DNA from: Candidatus Geothermincolales bacterium
GTDB taxonomy: Bacteria > Actinomycetota > Geothermincolia > Geothermincolales > RBG-13-55-18
Direction: 5' to 3'
Length of the DNA: 56,777 nucleotides
Assembly (NCBI GenBank): GCA_037478635.1
Contig: JBBFMI010000001.1
Location: 1 to 56,777, forward strand
Shown here: in pieces, positions 19,782-29,900 of the stretch
Layout: each line of letters begins with the position of its first letter
Numbering within the stretch: the stretch's first letter is position 1
The notes under the pieces: model-generated
Database searches by the model: none
Told to the model about the DNA's origin: nothing
What the model saw: only the letters and a program-made list of their open reading frames with translations
Made by a program: the position numbers and the translations under genes

Positions 19782-19787
19782 ACCCGC

Positions 19788-20864
19788 ATGAAGGTACTCA
19801 TGATATCGCCGTATTCGTGGGGCGTCCCGGGAGGCGTGAACCGGCACGTGGAAGGCCTTTCCAACGCCCTCCGGAAGAGGGGACACCTGGTGTCGGTCAT
19901 GGCCCCGGATGGCGACAGGAGGGGGGAGATAATCTCGGCGGGAAGGTCGGTGCCGGTCCCCTTCAACCGTTCCGTGGCCAGGGTCGCCCTTGATCCCCGG
20001 GCCATCCGGACGGTGATCTCTATCCGCGGATCCGGGTTCGACCTGGCCCACATCCACGAACCCCTGGTCCCCTTGCCTTCATTGCTCTCCCTGGCGCTGT
20101 TGCCCGCCCCGCTGGTGGCGACCTTCCACGCCGCCCGGGAGGAGGGCAGCGTGGTCTACGCAGTGGGCAAGGGGATTTTCAGGCCTTTACTCGAACGACT
20201 CGAGGCCCGGATAGCGGTAAGCCCCGCAGCCCTCGATTTTGTGTCCAGGTATTTTCCCGGAAGCTACCGTGTTATCCCCAACGGGGTGGATACGGAGAGG
20301 TTCTCCCCGGGAGGAATCAACCTTAGAGAGAGGTTGGGCTTGAGGGACGACGATTTTGTGTTCCTCTTCGTGGGCCGGAACGAACCCCGCAAGGGACTCG
20401 GCCTGGCGGTGGAGGCATTTCGCCGGGTGAGGGAGCGCCGGGCCGAGGCGAGGCTCTTGGTGGTGGGGGCGAGGGATGTCCCGCGGGAACGAGGCGTGAT
20501 ATCGCTGGGGATGGTGGACGAGGAAAGTCTTCCCGCCGCGTACCGCACTGCCGACGTCCTGCTCGCGCCGTCCCTCGGCGGGGAGAGCTTCGGCATGGTC
20601 CTGGTGGAGGCCATGGCCTGCGGGGTTCCCGTGATCGCCTCCGATATCCCGGGATACAGGTACGTCCTGCAGGGGGGCACGGGAGGAAGGCTTACGCCGG
20701 TGGGAAGTGTCGTTGCCCTGGAAGAGGCCATGATGGAGATCCTGGAGGAACCGAGTCTTAGGGAAAGGTTGGCTGTTGAGGCCAGGAGGAGGGCCGAGGA
20801 GTTCTCCTGGGAACGGGTCGCCCTACAGGTGGAGGAAGTGTACCGGCAGGTAGTTGACACCTGA
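19788..20864 (+). CDS. pimA: GT4 glycosyltransferase, PimA-like phosphatidylinositol alpha-mannosyltransferase
   Basis: N-terminus MKVLMISPYSWGVPGGVNRHVEGLSNALRKRGHLVSVMAP closely resembles my recollection of mycobacterial PimA. GT4 motif ESFGMVLVEAMACGVPVIASD. Confidence 0.8.
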   Translation: MKVLMISPYSWGVPGGVNRHVEGLSNALRKRGHLVSVMAPDGDRRGEIISAGRSVPVPFNRSVARVALDPRAIRTVISIRGSGFDLAHIHEPLVPLPSLLSLALLPAPLVATFHAAREEGSVVYAVGKGIFRPLLERLEARIAVSPAALDFVSRYFPGSYRVIPNGVDTERFSPGGINLRERLGLRDDDFVFLFVGRNEPRKGLGLAVEAFRRVRERRAEARLLVVGARDVPRERGVISLGMVDEESLPAAYRTADVLLAPSLGGESFGMVLVEAMACGVPVIASDIPGYRYVLQGGTGGRLTPVGSVVALEEAMMEILEEPSLRERLAVEARRRAEEFSWERVALQVEEVYRQVVDT

Positions 20865-20991
20865 GCGGATCGTGCCCGGCGGTATCAAACCGAAGTGCGC
20901 TTTCGGGTAGCGGTGATGGATATGGGACGCGTCTTCCATGGATCGGGAGAACCATCGGATAGGTGGATGTGGAGGAAGGAAGGGAAACGCC

Positions 20992-21954
20992 ATGGACATT
21001 GACGGGGTCCGCGACTTCTGCCTCGAGCTGGCGGAGGAGGTAAGGGGGGTGGTACGCCCTTACCTGGGGAAACCGGAGGCCCGCCACATGGTGGGCAGGG
21101 GAAGCAGCGGCGATTCCACCTTCTCCATCGACGAGTACGCGGAGAAAGTCGTGGAAAGCCGGGTGGGAGAAGAGGCGGAGCTGGCATACTTCTCTGAAGA
21201 CCGGGGCCTGGTGAGCGAGGGAGGAGAGAAGTGGGTGTTAGTGGTGGACCCCATCGATGGGACCAGGCCCGCGGCGGCGGGCCTCGAGGCCTGCTGCGTT
21301 TCCATCGCGGTGGCCTCGCTGGAAGGCAGGGAGCCCACCTCGCTTACCTTGGGAGACGTGGCCTATGGCTTGATCAGGGAGATCAAGAACAACGCCCTCT
21401 TCGAGGCCGTAAGAGGAGAAGGGGCTGAATACCGGGTGGAGGGCAGGCGGGTGGAGATAAACCCCCTCCCTCACGAGGATATATCCACCCTTTTCTGGAC
21501 CATCGGTTTCCGGGGAAGGCCCGCGCTTCCCCTTGTCATCGCCCTGGAAGAGCTCATCGACGCCTCCAGCGTGGACGGGGGCCTTTTCGATTTGGGAAGC
21601 GCGACCTATTGCATCACCCGCCTCCTGACCGGCCAGATGGACGCCTACGTGGACATCGGGGACCGCATGCTGCGGGAGATCCCAGCTCTAGGCGAGCACT
21701 TCACCAGGATAGGTCACGGGCATGTGCTCAACAACACCTCTTATGACCTGGCCGCGGCTCACCTTGTGGCCCGGGAGGCGGGGATAGCGATATCGGACGC
21801 CTTCGGGAGGGAACTCGATCGGTACCCCCTACTGGCGTCGGGCAGGGAGGGCCAGCTTTCGTGTATAGCGGCGGTGTCCCAGGGCCTTCTGAAAAAGCTG
21901 GTGGAGATGGTGGACAGGGGCATCGAGAGGCTGAGAGGCTATTACCGGCTTTGA
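20992..21954 (+). CDS. Inositol monophosphatase / FBPase family phosphatase
   Basis: VVDPIDGTRPAAAG metal-binding motif and YDLAAAHLVAREAG (WD-x-AAG-like). ATG 20992 follows GGAGGAAGGAAGGG; the ORF track starts at 20938. Confidence 0.8.
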   Translation: MDIDGVRDFCLELAEEVRGVVRPYLGKPEARHMVGRGSSGDSTFSIDEYAEKVVESRVGEEAELAYFSEDRGLVSEGGEKWVLVVDPIDGTRPAAAGLEACCVSIAVASLEGREPTSLTLGDVAYGLIREIKNNALFEAVRGEGAEYRVEGRRVEINPLPHEDISTLFWTIGFRGRPALPLVIALEELIDASSVDGGLFDLGSATYCITRLLTGQMDAYVDIGDRMLREIPALGEHFTRIGHGHVLNNTSYDLAAAHLVAREAGIAISDAFGRELDRYPLLASGREGQLSCIAAVSQGLLKKLVEMVDRGIERLRGYYRL

Positions 21955-22002
21955 GTTTGCCTCGCTTGAGGCTGGCTTATCGAGCAGGGAGAGTGGTAGG
22001 GC

Positions 22003-22638
22003 TTGAGCCTCGTCAGTATCTTCGTCATCGCTTTCGCGGTCGGGCTGTCCGGGGCCCTCTCGCCTGGTCCCCTGCTGACGGCAACGGTGGGCGAATCTTA
22101 CAGGAGGGGGTTCATCGCCGGGCCACTGCTGGTGGCAGGCCATGCCACTCTCGAGGCACTGCTATTATTGGCGCTCCTGCTGGGACTGGGGAGGCTCTTC
22201 TCCCACACCACCTTTTTCGCCGTGACCGCTCTGGCCGGAGGCGCCTTTCTTATCTGGATGGGATGCGGTATGGCGCTGGAAGCGCGACGGATAACGTCGC
22301 AGGATCCAGATGATTCCTCCCCTCTGTTAAGGTGGGGCCCCTTCGGTACCGGGTTTCTGGTAAGCCTTTCCAATCCTTATTGGATCTTGTGGTGGGCCAC
22401 CTTCGGCTTGAGTTATCTCACCCGCTCCATGGAGAGGGGGACGGCGGGGGTGATCTCCTTCTACTTCGGCCATATATCCGCCGACGCCGCCTGGTACCTG
22501 TCGGTAGCCTTCCTTGTGGCCACCGGGAGGAGATTCCTCCCGGATCGCTTTTACCGGGCGGTGGTGGTGGGTTGTGCCCTTTTCCTGGTGATACTCGGTG
22601 GGCGCTTCCTGGCCGACGGGCTCTCCCACTTCACCTGA
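22003..22638 (+). CDS. LysE/RhtB family amino-acid exporter
   Basis: About 210 aa, 6 TM, N-terminal AVGLSGALSPGPLL family motif; TTG start. Confidence 0.7.
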   Translation: MSLVSIFVIAFAVGLSGALSPGPLLTATVGESYRRGFIAGPLLVAGHATLEALLLLALLLGLGRLFSHTTFFAVTALAGGAFLIWMGCGMALEARRITSQDPDDSSPLLRWGPFGTGFLVSLSNPYWILWWATFGLSYLTRSMERGTAGVISFYFGHISADAAWYLSVAFLVATGRRFLPDRFYRAVVVGCALFLVILGGRFLADGLSHFT

Positions 22639-23008
22639 TTTCCGGTGCCAAGAGGCCCCTGGGGATGGAGAGTCACGGTCATGCGCACCGAGGTCTTGCC
22701 GGTGGCCCCAGGGATGGCGTCAGACCCCGGGACATCAACCCTGCCGTATCTTGTGGAGCCCTCGCTGGGGATGTCGGCAATGTCTGAGACCACAAGAAAA
22801 AGGAAACCAGATTGACGAGAAAGTGGTTATATACGCTCATACGTCCATGTGGCAAATTTAAGAAAACGAGCATCCAGCCCATGTGTGGGGTCTGGGCGTC
22901 ATTGGAACAGCGAGGTGGAGCGCAGTGTCTTATCTTTATGCTATGGTTTTCACGTTGACCCGGTTTAACGGGCCGTGAGGTGGAATCTCGAGGGAAAGGA
23001 GCGGCGCC

Positions 23009-23569
23009 ATGGTTGCCCTGATAGTGGTCCTGGCGGTTCTGGGTCTGGTCATCCTCTACGTCATCTTCTATTACAACAAGCTGATCCGCTTGAGGAACCA
23101 GGTGGACAATGCCTGGCACCAGATAGACGTGCAGCTGAAGAGGAGGTATGACCTCATCCCAAACCTGGTGGAGACGGTGAGGGGATACGCTGCCCACGAG
23201 AAGGAGGTCCTGGAGCGGGTGGTACAGGCCAGGGCTATGGGCATTGGGGCGCAAACGGTCGGAGAGCAGGCCCAGGCGGAGAACGCCATCACCCAAGCGC
23301 TCAAAACCCTTTTCGCCGTGGCGGAGAACTATCCCGATCTCAAGGCTAACCAGAACTTTCTCATGCTCCAGGAAGAACTCGCGGGCACGGAGTCGAAGAT
23401 AGCCTATGCCCGGCAGTTCTACAACGACATGGTGATGACCTACGACACGGCCCGCCAGAGGTTCCCCGGGAACCTCATAGCCTCCATGTTCTCCGGGGTT
23501 TTCACGCCCAGGGAGTACTTCGAGATAGAGCTGGCCGCGGAAAGGGAGGTCCCAAAGGTCTCCTTTTAA
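23009..23569 (+). CDS. LemA family protein
   Basis: N-terminal TM then [50 protein letters not shown], typical of LemA. Confidence 0.88.
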   Translation: MVALIVVLAVLGLVILYVIFYYNKLIRLRNQVDNAWHQIDVQLKRRYDLIPNLVETVRGYAAHEKEVLERVVQARAMGIGAQTVGEQAQAENAITQALKTLFAVAENYPDLKANQNFLMLQEELAGTESKIAYARQFYNDMVMTYDTARQRFPGNLIASMFSGVFTPREYFEIELAAEREVPKVSF

Positions 23570-23665
23570 CGAGAAAAAGGGAGGTGGTTCCCGGCAGCGC
23601 CGGGAGCGCTTGGTTTATGCGCAGGTGTCGACGGGCTACCTGCTGGTCCGGAGGTGTGACTGTGT

Positions 23666-24634
23666 ATGGCCATGACCACTTTTTATGAGGAGATCCGCAA
23701 GAACAAGCTGAAATCGGCGTTTCTGGTGTCGGGATTTATCGCCGTTGTCCTCTTGCTGGGGTATTTCGTGGGGCTCATATGGGGCAGGGATTACGCCATG
23801 TTCGGCCTCTTGGTGGCGACGTTGATCGCCATCGTCATGTCCCTGGTCAGTTATTATCACAGCGACAAGATCGCCCTTGCCTCGGTGGGCGCTCGCCCGG
23901 TGACCAGGGAGGAATATCCTTACTACGTCAACACGGTGGAAGGGTTGGCCCTGGCTGCAGGCATTCCCATGCCCAGGACTTACATCATAGAGACCCCCGC
24001 CATGAACGCCTTCGCCACCGGTAGGGATCCGGAACACGCTGCCATCGCCGTAACCACCGGGTTGCTGGAAAGGTGTAACCGCCTGGAGCTGGAGGGGGTG
24101 ATAGCCCACGAGATATCTCACATCAAGAACTACGATATCCGCCTCATGTCCATGGTGGTGGTGTTGGTGGGCCTGGTGGTCATCTTCTCGGAGATCATGT
24201 TGCGCTCGCTGTTTTTTGGAGGGGGAAGGAGAAGGAGCGAGGGCGAGGGCCAAGGCGAAGGCGTCGTGTATCTCGTCCTGATGCTCCTCGGATTGGCTTT
24301 CCTGATAATATCCCCCATTTTGGCACAACTCCTGCAGCTTGCCATATCCCGCAGGCGGGAATTCCTCGCGGACGCAAGTGCCGCCATGCTGACCCGCTAT
24401 CCCGAGGGCTTGGCCAGCGCCCTGGAGAAGCTGACGGTGGAAGCCAAGCCCTTCCCTCAGGCGAGCAACGCGGTGGCCCACCTGTTCATCGTCCAGCCAT
24501 TCCGGGCGAGGGTTAAGCCGGGAAAGAGATATAAGACCAGCATCTGGGATACCCATCCACCGGTGGAGGAGAGGATCCGGCGATTGAGAGCCATGGCGGG
24601 CCTGGAGGGGATGAGGGGTCCCGAGCAGGGATGA
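23666..24634 (+). CDS. M48 family zinc metalloprotease (HtpX-like)
   Basis: HEISHIKNYD (HExxH), 4 TM segments, downstream EFLADASAAMLT glutamate ligand region; paired with LemA. Confidence 0.85.
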   Translation: MAMTTFYEEIRKNKLKSAFLVSGFIAVVLLLGYFVGLIWGRDYAMFGLLVATLIAIVMSLVSYYHSDKIALASVGARPVTREEYPYYVNTVEGLALAAGIPMPRTYIIETPAMNAFATGRDPEHAAIAVTTGLLERCNRLELEGVIAHEISHIKNYDIRLMSMVVVLVGLVVIFSEIMLRSLFFGGGRRRSEGEGQGEGVVYLVLMLLGLAFLIISPILAQLLQLAISRRREFLADASAAMLTRYPEGLASALEKLTVEAKPFPQASNAVAHLFIVQPFRARVKPGKRYKTSIWDTHPPVEERIRRLRAMAGLEGMRGPEQG

Positions 24635-25116
24635 GAGCGTGGTAGGGGCAAGCGTGCCCATATGGAAGCAGCCGGCCTGGCGGCTACCCGGATCCGGACC
24701 GGGATCAAGGATTGGTGTGTGCAATACCGGGATTCCTCGCTTTACATCATTAGCTTTGGGCAAGACCGGTCTTCTCAGCGCGGTTCTGGGCTTTACATGG
24801 TACTGAGGTCGTCGAAGGACGCCCCTTCATCTCGGCGGAAGGTCGTCAGCGGCGGGCTCGCTCTGGCGACCGTACGTGCCCATACATGGAAGGCGAGATA
24901 CTGTTGCAGTTGAGATAAGACCCCTGATTGTGCGGTCTTCCTCGATTGAAGCCCGACTGTTGGTTGAGCTAAACTAAGATTAGCCCGAGAGGGCTTTATT
25001 AATTAGCGAGAAATGCCATCCGGTTGTTTGCGATGTTCCTCCTCGCTCCCGGTTCAAGGCGGGATGGTGGATCCGAATCGATAGATGGATAATCCTGTTG
25101 TCGGAGGTAGATAGAG

Positions 25117-26001
25117 ATGGAGGAGACGGGAACCCTGAGGGTGAAGGCCGGCCTGGCCGAGATGCTCAAGGGCGGGGTGATAATGGACGTCACCACGCCC
25201 GAGCAGGCGATGATAGCCGAAGAGGCAGGTGCCGTGGCCGTCATGGCGCTGGAAAGGGTCCCCGCCGATATCAGGGCGGCGGGTGGAGTGGCCCGAATGG
25301 CCGATCCGGAGATAATCGAGGCCATCATGGAAAAGGTGTCCATACCGGTCATGGCCAAGGTGAGGATCGGGCATTTCGTAGAGGCCCAGATCCTGGAGGC
25401 CATCGGAGTGGACTACATCGATGAGAGCGAGGTGCTGACTCCCGCCGACGAGAAGAACCACATAAACAAGTGGGATTTCAAGGTGCCCTTCGTGTGCGGC
25501 GCCATAAACCTGGGAGAGGCGCTCCGGCGGATAGCCGAGGGGGCGGCCATGATACGGACCAAGGGAGAGGCCGGGACCGGCAACGTGGTGGAGGCCGTCC
25601 GCCACATGCGGACCATCCAGGGCGAGATAAAGAGGCTCACCGTGATGGAAGAGGAGGAATTGATGGCTGCCGCCAAGGAGATGGGGGCTCCCTACGAACT
25701 CGTGAGATGGGTGGCCGAGCACGGGAAGCTCCCGGTGGTCAATTTCTCCGCCGGTGGTATCGCTACCCCGGCCGATGCCGCCCTGATGATGCAGCTGGGG
25801 GCGGATGGCATTTTCGTTGGGTCGGGGATCTTCAAGTCTGAGGACCCGGTGGCCCGTGCCCGCGCCATCGTCAGGGCCACCACCCATTACGACGACCCGA
25901 AGATACTGGCGGAGGTATCCCGGGGACTGGGCAAGGCGATGGTCGGCCGGGATATCGCCGAGATAGGAAGGGAGAACCTGATACAGTTCAGGGGTTGGTG
26001 A
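25117..26001 (+). CDS. pdxS: Pyridoxal 5'-phosphate synthase, lyase subunit
   Basis: [37 protein letters not shown] and [15 protein letters not shown]; near-canonical PdxS. Confidence 0.96.
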   Translation: MEETGTLRVKAGLAEMLKGGVIMDVTTPEQAMIAEEAGAVAVMALERVPADIRAAGGVARMADPEIIEAIMEKVSIPVMAKVRIGHFVEAQILEAIGVDYIDESEVLTPADEKNHINKWDFKVPFVCGAINLGEALRRIAEGAAMIRTKGEAGTGNVVEAVRHMRTIQGEIKRLTVMEEEELMAAAKEMGAPYELVRWVAEHGKLPVVNFSAGGIATPADAALMMQLGADGIFVGSGIFKSEDPVARARAIVRATTHYDDPKILAEVSRGLGKAMVGRDIAEIGRENLIQFRGW

Positions 26002-26081
26002 CACGGGGTCCTTCCCGCTACCGGGAAGGACGAACTCGGTCTGTGCCAGGAGCGATTTGGCCATTTAAGCGGGTGGAGATC

Positions 26082-26753
26082 ATGCTGCAGAGCAAGAAAC
26101 CGACGGTGGGAGTGCTGGCCCTGCAGGGGGCGGTGAGGGAGCATATCCGTTCCCTGGAGGACTGTGGAGCTCGGGGGGTGGCCGTGAAATATCCCTCCGA
26201 GCTTTGTTTATGCGAAGGGTTTGTGATTCCCGGGGGCGAGAGCACCACCATAGGTCGGTTGATGAGGGAATACGGCTTCATCGAGGAGATAAAACGCCTG
26301 GCCGGTGAGGGGATGCCCATATACGGCACCTGCGCCGGGCTCATACTCATGGCCCAAAGGCTCACGGAGGGGGAACAGCCTCTTTTGGGGCTGATGGACA
26401 TCACCGTTCGCAGGAACGCCTACGGACGGCAGGTGGACAGTTTCGAGACCGACCTCCGGGTCAAGGGGATACAGGACGAGGAGAGGCCTTTCCGCGCCGT
26501 TTTCATCCGGGCACCGTGGATAGAGGAGGTGGGCAAAGAGGTAGAAGTGCTGGCGGTGCACCGGGGAAAGGTGGTGGCCGCAAAGCAAGAAAATCTCCTG
26601 GTGACCGCATTCCACCCCGAGCTTACTTCGGACGGGCGTGTCCACATGCTCTTCCTGCGCATGGTCATGGAAGGAGGACCGCCATCCAGGCACAAGGACC
26701 CGGATGCGATCCGGGAAGAGATATCCTCCGTTGAGGGGGGGATTAAGAGGTAA
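26082..26753 (+). CDS. pdxT: Pyridoxal 5'-phosphate synthase, glutaminase subunit (short C-terminal extension)
   Basis: VGVLALQGAVREH, IPGGESTT, GTCAGLILM catalytic Cys. ATG 26082 follows GGTGGAG; the ORF track starts at 25995. Confidence 0.92.
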   Translation: MLQSKKPTVGVLALQGAVREHIRSLEDCGARGVAVKYPSELCLCEGFVIPGGESTTIGRLMREYGFIEEIKRLAGEGMPIYGTCAGLILMAQRLTEGEQPLLGLMDITVRRNAYGRQVDSFETDLRVKGIQDEERPFRAVFIRAPWIEEVGKEVEVLAVHRGKVVAAKQENLLVTAFHPELTSDGRVHMLFLRMVMEGGPPSRHKDPDAIREEISSVEGGIKR

Positions 26754-26795
26754 AGGGATGAGGGACGAAGAAGTCGTAGTTGACGGGAGGTAGAG

Positions 26796-27557
26796 ATGTC
26801 GGGTCATTCCAAGTGGGCGAACATAAAACACCGCAAGGCGGCCGAGGACGCCAAGAGAGGGAGGTTGTTCAGCAAGCTCTCGCGCGCCATCATCATCGCC
26901 GCGCGGGAAGGCGGCGGAAACCCCGAGACCAACCTGGCCCTCGCCCATGCCATAGAGAAGGCCAAGAGCTATTCCATGCCCAAGGAGAACATTGAGAGGG
27001 CCATCAAGAGGGGCACCGGCGAACTCTCCGGGAGCAGTTTCGAGAAGATCACGTACGAGGGATACGCGGCCAACGGGGTGGCCATAATGGTCGACGTCAT
27101 GACCGATAACCGGAACCGGGCCGCGGCGGACATCCGCCACATCTTCTCCCGGGCCGGGGGCAGGCTCGGGGATACCGGGTGCGTCAGCTGGATGTTCGAG
27201 AAAAAGGGGATAATCATCGTCAACAAGGATAGCGGTGCCGACGAGGACGTGCTGCTGGAAGCCGCACTGGAAGCCGGGGCGGAGGATATGAAGACCGAGG
27301 ATGACCACTGGGAGATAATCACCGATGCCTCTTCTTTCAAGCAGGTCCTCGATACTCTGAAGGAGCAGGGAGTGGAAGTCGCCTCGGCCGAGGTGACCAT
27401 GTTGCCCAAGGATACGGTAAAGCTGGACAAGGATTCAGCGCGCAAGGTTCTGAAACTGGTGGACGCGCTGGAGGATTACGACGACGTGCAGGAGGTCTAC
27501 GCCAATTTCGACATACCCGACGAGATCTTGCAGGAACTGGCGGAAGAGGGGATATGA
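26796..27557 (+). CDS. yebC: YebC/PmpR family DNA-binding transcriptional regulator
   Basis: MSGHSKWANIKHRKAAEDAKRG signature N-terminus; precedes ruvCAB. Confidence 0.93.
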   Translation: MSGHSKWANIKHRKAAEDAKRGRLFSKLSRAIIIAAREGGGNPETNLALAHAIEKAKSYSMPKENIERAIKRGTGELSGSSFEKITYEGYAANGVAIMVDVMTDNRNRAAADIRHIFSRAGGRLGDTGCVSWMFEKKGIIIVNKDSGADEDVLLEAALEAGAEDMKTEDDHWEIITDASSFKQVLDTLKEQGVEVASAEVTMLPKDTVKLDKDSARKVLKLVDALEDYDDVQEVYANFDIPDEILQELAEEGI

Positions 27558-27558
27558 G

Positions 27559-28065
27559 ATGATCGTGATGGGCGTGGACCCAGGTCTGTCCTCTACGGGC
27601 TACGGGGTGCTGGAAGCATGCGAGTCCCGCCTGAAGGCGTTGGGCTTCGGCCAGATAAACACCCCGCCCGGCAAACCCATGTCGGAGCGCCTGGCTATCA
27701 TCTATGGAGGGATAAAGGAGCTGATCCTTTCCTACCGGCCGGAGCTGGTGGTGGTGGAGGAGATCTTCTGGGGCTCCAACGCCAAGAGCGCCATGGCGGT
27801 GGGACATAGCAGGGGAGCCGTGCTCCTGGCCGCTGCCCACTGTGGGGTGGGAGTGGAAGAGTACACCCCGTTGCAAGTGAAATATGCCCTGGTGGGCAAC
27901 GGTAGAGCGGAGAAGAGACAGGTCCTTTACATGGTCAAAGCCCTCCTGGGGCTGGAGGAAGAGATAGGGTCCTCGCACGCGGGGGATGCCCTGGCTTTGG
28001 CCATATGTCACGTCCACCATTCGGGACCAGGGGCGGGCAGGATGGCCCGGGCCGGGCGAGCTTGA
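27559..28065 (+). CDS. ruvC: Crossover junction endodeoxyribonuclease RuvC
   Basis: IVMGVDPGLSSTGYGV, catalytic-site region VVVEEIFWG, GDALALAICH. Confidence 0.92.
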   Translation: MIVMGVDPGLSSTGYGVLEACESRLKALGFGQINTPPGKPMSERLAIIYGGIKELILSYRPELVVVEEIFWGSNAKSAMAVGHSRGAVLLAAAHCGVGVEEYTPLQVKYALVGNGRAEKRQVLYMVKALLGLEEEIGSSHAGDALALAICHVHHSGPGAGRMARAGRA

Positions 28066-28137
28066 AGCGGGGCGTCACCAGCAGTATTTGTCCCATAACG
28101 AAACGAGAACGGGGAGAGAGGTCCACGAGGAGGCACT

Positions 28138-28755
28138 TTGCTCGAGTTCTTGGAAGGACGGGTGGAGGAGAAGAGGGCGGATGGGGCCGTGATAAGGGTG
28201 GGGGGTATCGGTTTTTTCGTCCATCTCTCCTCCCAGTCCCTTAAAGCCCTGCCCTCCCGGGGAGAAATGGCCCGGGTGTTCTTACACTTGCTGTTGAGGG
28301 AAGACGGGGCCACGCTGTACGGCTTCACCACGCCGCTGGAAAGGGAGATGTTCCAGCATCTCCTTTCGGTCAACGGGGTGGGGCCCCGGGTTGCCATGGG
28401 CATTCTATCCGCCTACAGGCCGGAGCAGCTTCTCAGGATCGTCGCATCGGGTGACGTGGAGTCCTTGACCGCGGTCTCCGGCGTGGGGAAGAAGTATGCC
28501 CAGAGGATCGTCCTGGAGCTGAAGGACAGGATGGCTGGCATGGTATCGGGAGCGGAGATGCCCCGTGGCGGGGAGGGTACGGATCTTCTGCGGGAGGTCG
28601 CCGAGGCCCTGCGTCAGCTCGGATATACACCCGGGGAGGTTGCCGAGGCGCTGAACAAAGTTCCCGTTGCATCGGAAGAGGAGGGGACGATCACCGTGGA
28701 GGAGGTCCTGAAATCGGCCCTGCGCGTTTTGGGCAAAGGGTCCAACCGAGGGTAG
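28138..28755 (+). CDS. ruvA: Holliday junction branch migration complex subunit RuvA
   Basis: TTG start; MLEFLEGRV..., HhH region LLSVNGVGPRVAMGIL and LTAVSGVGKKYAQRIVLELK. Confidence 0.92.
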   Translation: MLEFLEGRVEEKRADGAVIRVGGIGFFVHLSSQSLKALPSRGEMARVFLHLLLREDGATLYGFTTPLEREMFQHLLSVNGVGPRVAMGILSAYRPEQLLRIVASGDVESLTAVSGVGKKYAQRIVLELKDRMAGMVSGAEMPRGGEGTDLLREVAEALRQLGYTPGEVAEALNKVPVASEEEGTITVEEVLKSALRVLGKGSNRG

Positions 28756-28843
28756 AACGAGGTGGAGGGAAAGTATCCAAGGTAGTCACGGCGGGGCGTG
28801 TAGAGGGGTCGATAGCGAAGGGAGCGGATGATCGGCAAGGACC

Positions 28844-29872
28844 ATGGGAAAGGATAGGAGTGACGAAAGGCTGCTGGACCCGGTGGTGAGGGAAGAGGAA
28901 AGGGAATACGACCTCACCCTGCGTCCCCGTTTCATAAGGGAGTTCATAGGACAGGACAGGATCCGGGAGCATCTCGAGATCTTCATCCGGGCCGCCCGGG
29001 AACGGGGTGAACCATTAGACCACGTACTTCTGTCCGGTCCACCGGGCCTGGGCAAGACCACCCTGGCCAGCATCATCGCCAACGAGCTCGGGGTTTCGCT
29101 GAGGCAGACATCGGGCCCCGCCCTGGAGAGAGCGGGAGACCTGGCCTCCATCCTCACCAACCTCGAGCCCGGGGACGTCCTGTTCATCGACGAGATCCAC
29201 CGGCTGAACCGGGCGGTCGAGGAGGTCCTCTACCCCGCCATGGAGGATTACCAGTTGGACATCGTCATAGGCAAGGGGCCGGCAGCCCGCTCCATCCGCC
29301 TTGACCTCCCTCCCTTTACCTTGGTAGGAGCGACCACGAGGAGCGGTCTTCTCACCTCGCCCCTGCGGGACCGCTTCGGGGTTCACTGCCGCCTGGATTA
29401 CTACCGCCCAGATGAGTTGAAGGCCATAGTGATGAGGTCGGCCCGGATCCTGGGAGTGGATATGGAGGAGGAAGGCGCAGAGGAACTGGCTCGCCGCTCC
29501 CGGGGGACCCCCCGCATCGCCAATCGGTTGCTGCGGAGGGTCAGGGATTTCGCCCAGGTGAAAGCGGAGGGAAGGATAACCCGGGAGGTGGCCTGCGAGG
29601 CCCTGGCCCTGTTCGAGGTAGACGAGATGGGGCTTGACAAGGTGGACAAGCTGATCCTCACCACCATCATAGAGAAGTTCGGAGGAGGCCCGGTGGGCGT
29701 GAACACCCTGGCGGTTTCGGTGGGCGAGGAGATCGATACCCTGGAGGAGGTTTACGAACCCTATCTCCTTCAGATCGGTTTCCTCCAGCGGACCCCCAGG
29801 GGAAGGGTGGCCACCGAGAGAGCTTACTGCCACCTGGGATACGGTTTGAAAAAAGAGGGCACGTTGTTCTGA
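28844..29872 (+). CDS. ruvB: Holliday junction branch migration DNA helicase RuvB
   Basis: [13 protein letters not shown], Walker [12 protein letters not shown], Walker [26 protein letters not shown]. Confidence 0.96.
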   Translation: MGKDRSDERLLDPVVREEEREYDLTLRPRFIREFIGQDRIREHLEIFIRAARERGEPLDHVLLSGPPGLGKTTLASIIANELGVSLRQTSGPALERAGDLASILTNLEPGDVLFIDEIHRLNRAVEEVLYPAMEDYQLDIVIGKGPAARSIRLDLPPFTLVGATTRSGLLTSPLRDRFGVHCRLDYYRPDELKAIVMRSARILGVDMEEEGAEELARRSRGTPRIANRLLRRVRDFAQVKAEGRITREVACEALALFEVDEMGLDKVDKLILTTIIEKFGGGPVGVNTLAVSVGEEIDTLEEVYEPYLLQIGFLQRTPRGRVATERAYCHLGYGLKKEGTLF

Positions 29873-29900
29873 ACCGTACCTTTTCCACCGTGCGGCAAGA

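Noticed and set aside
11959-19787. Mobile-element hallmarks (integrase, transposase, tRNA target, flanking direct repeats) for the five-gene insert in the PIM cluster.
   Set aside because: No recombinase-like ORF or tRNA is present, and I could not find flanking repeats by eye. I report it only as a synteny break, not as a mobile element.
23589-23605. The hairpin TCCCGGC-AGC-GCCGGGA between lemA and the M48 protease gene as a terminator.
   Set aside because: The stem has only 7 bp with a 3-nt loop and no following T-tract. The two genes are a well-known co-transcribed pair, so I did not list it as a feature.
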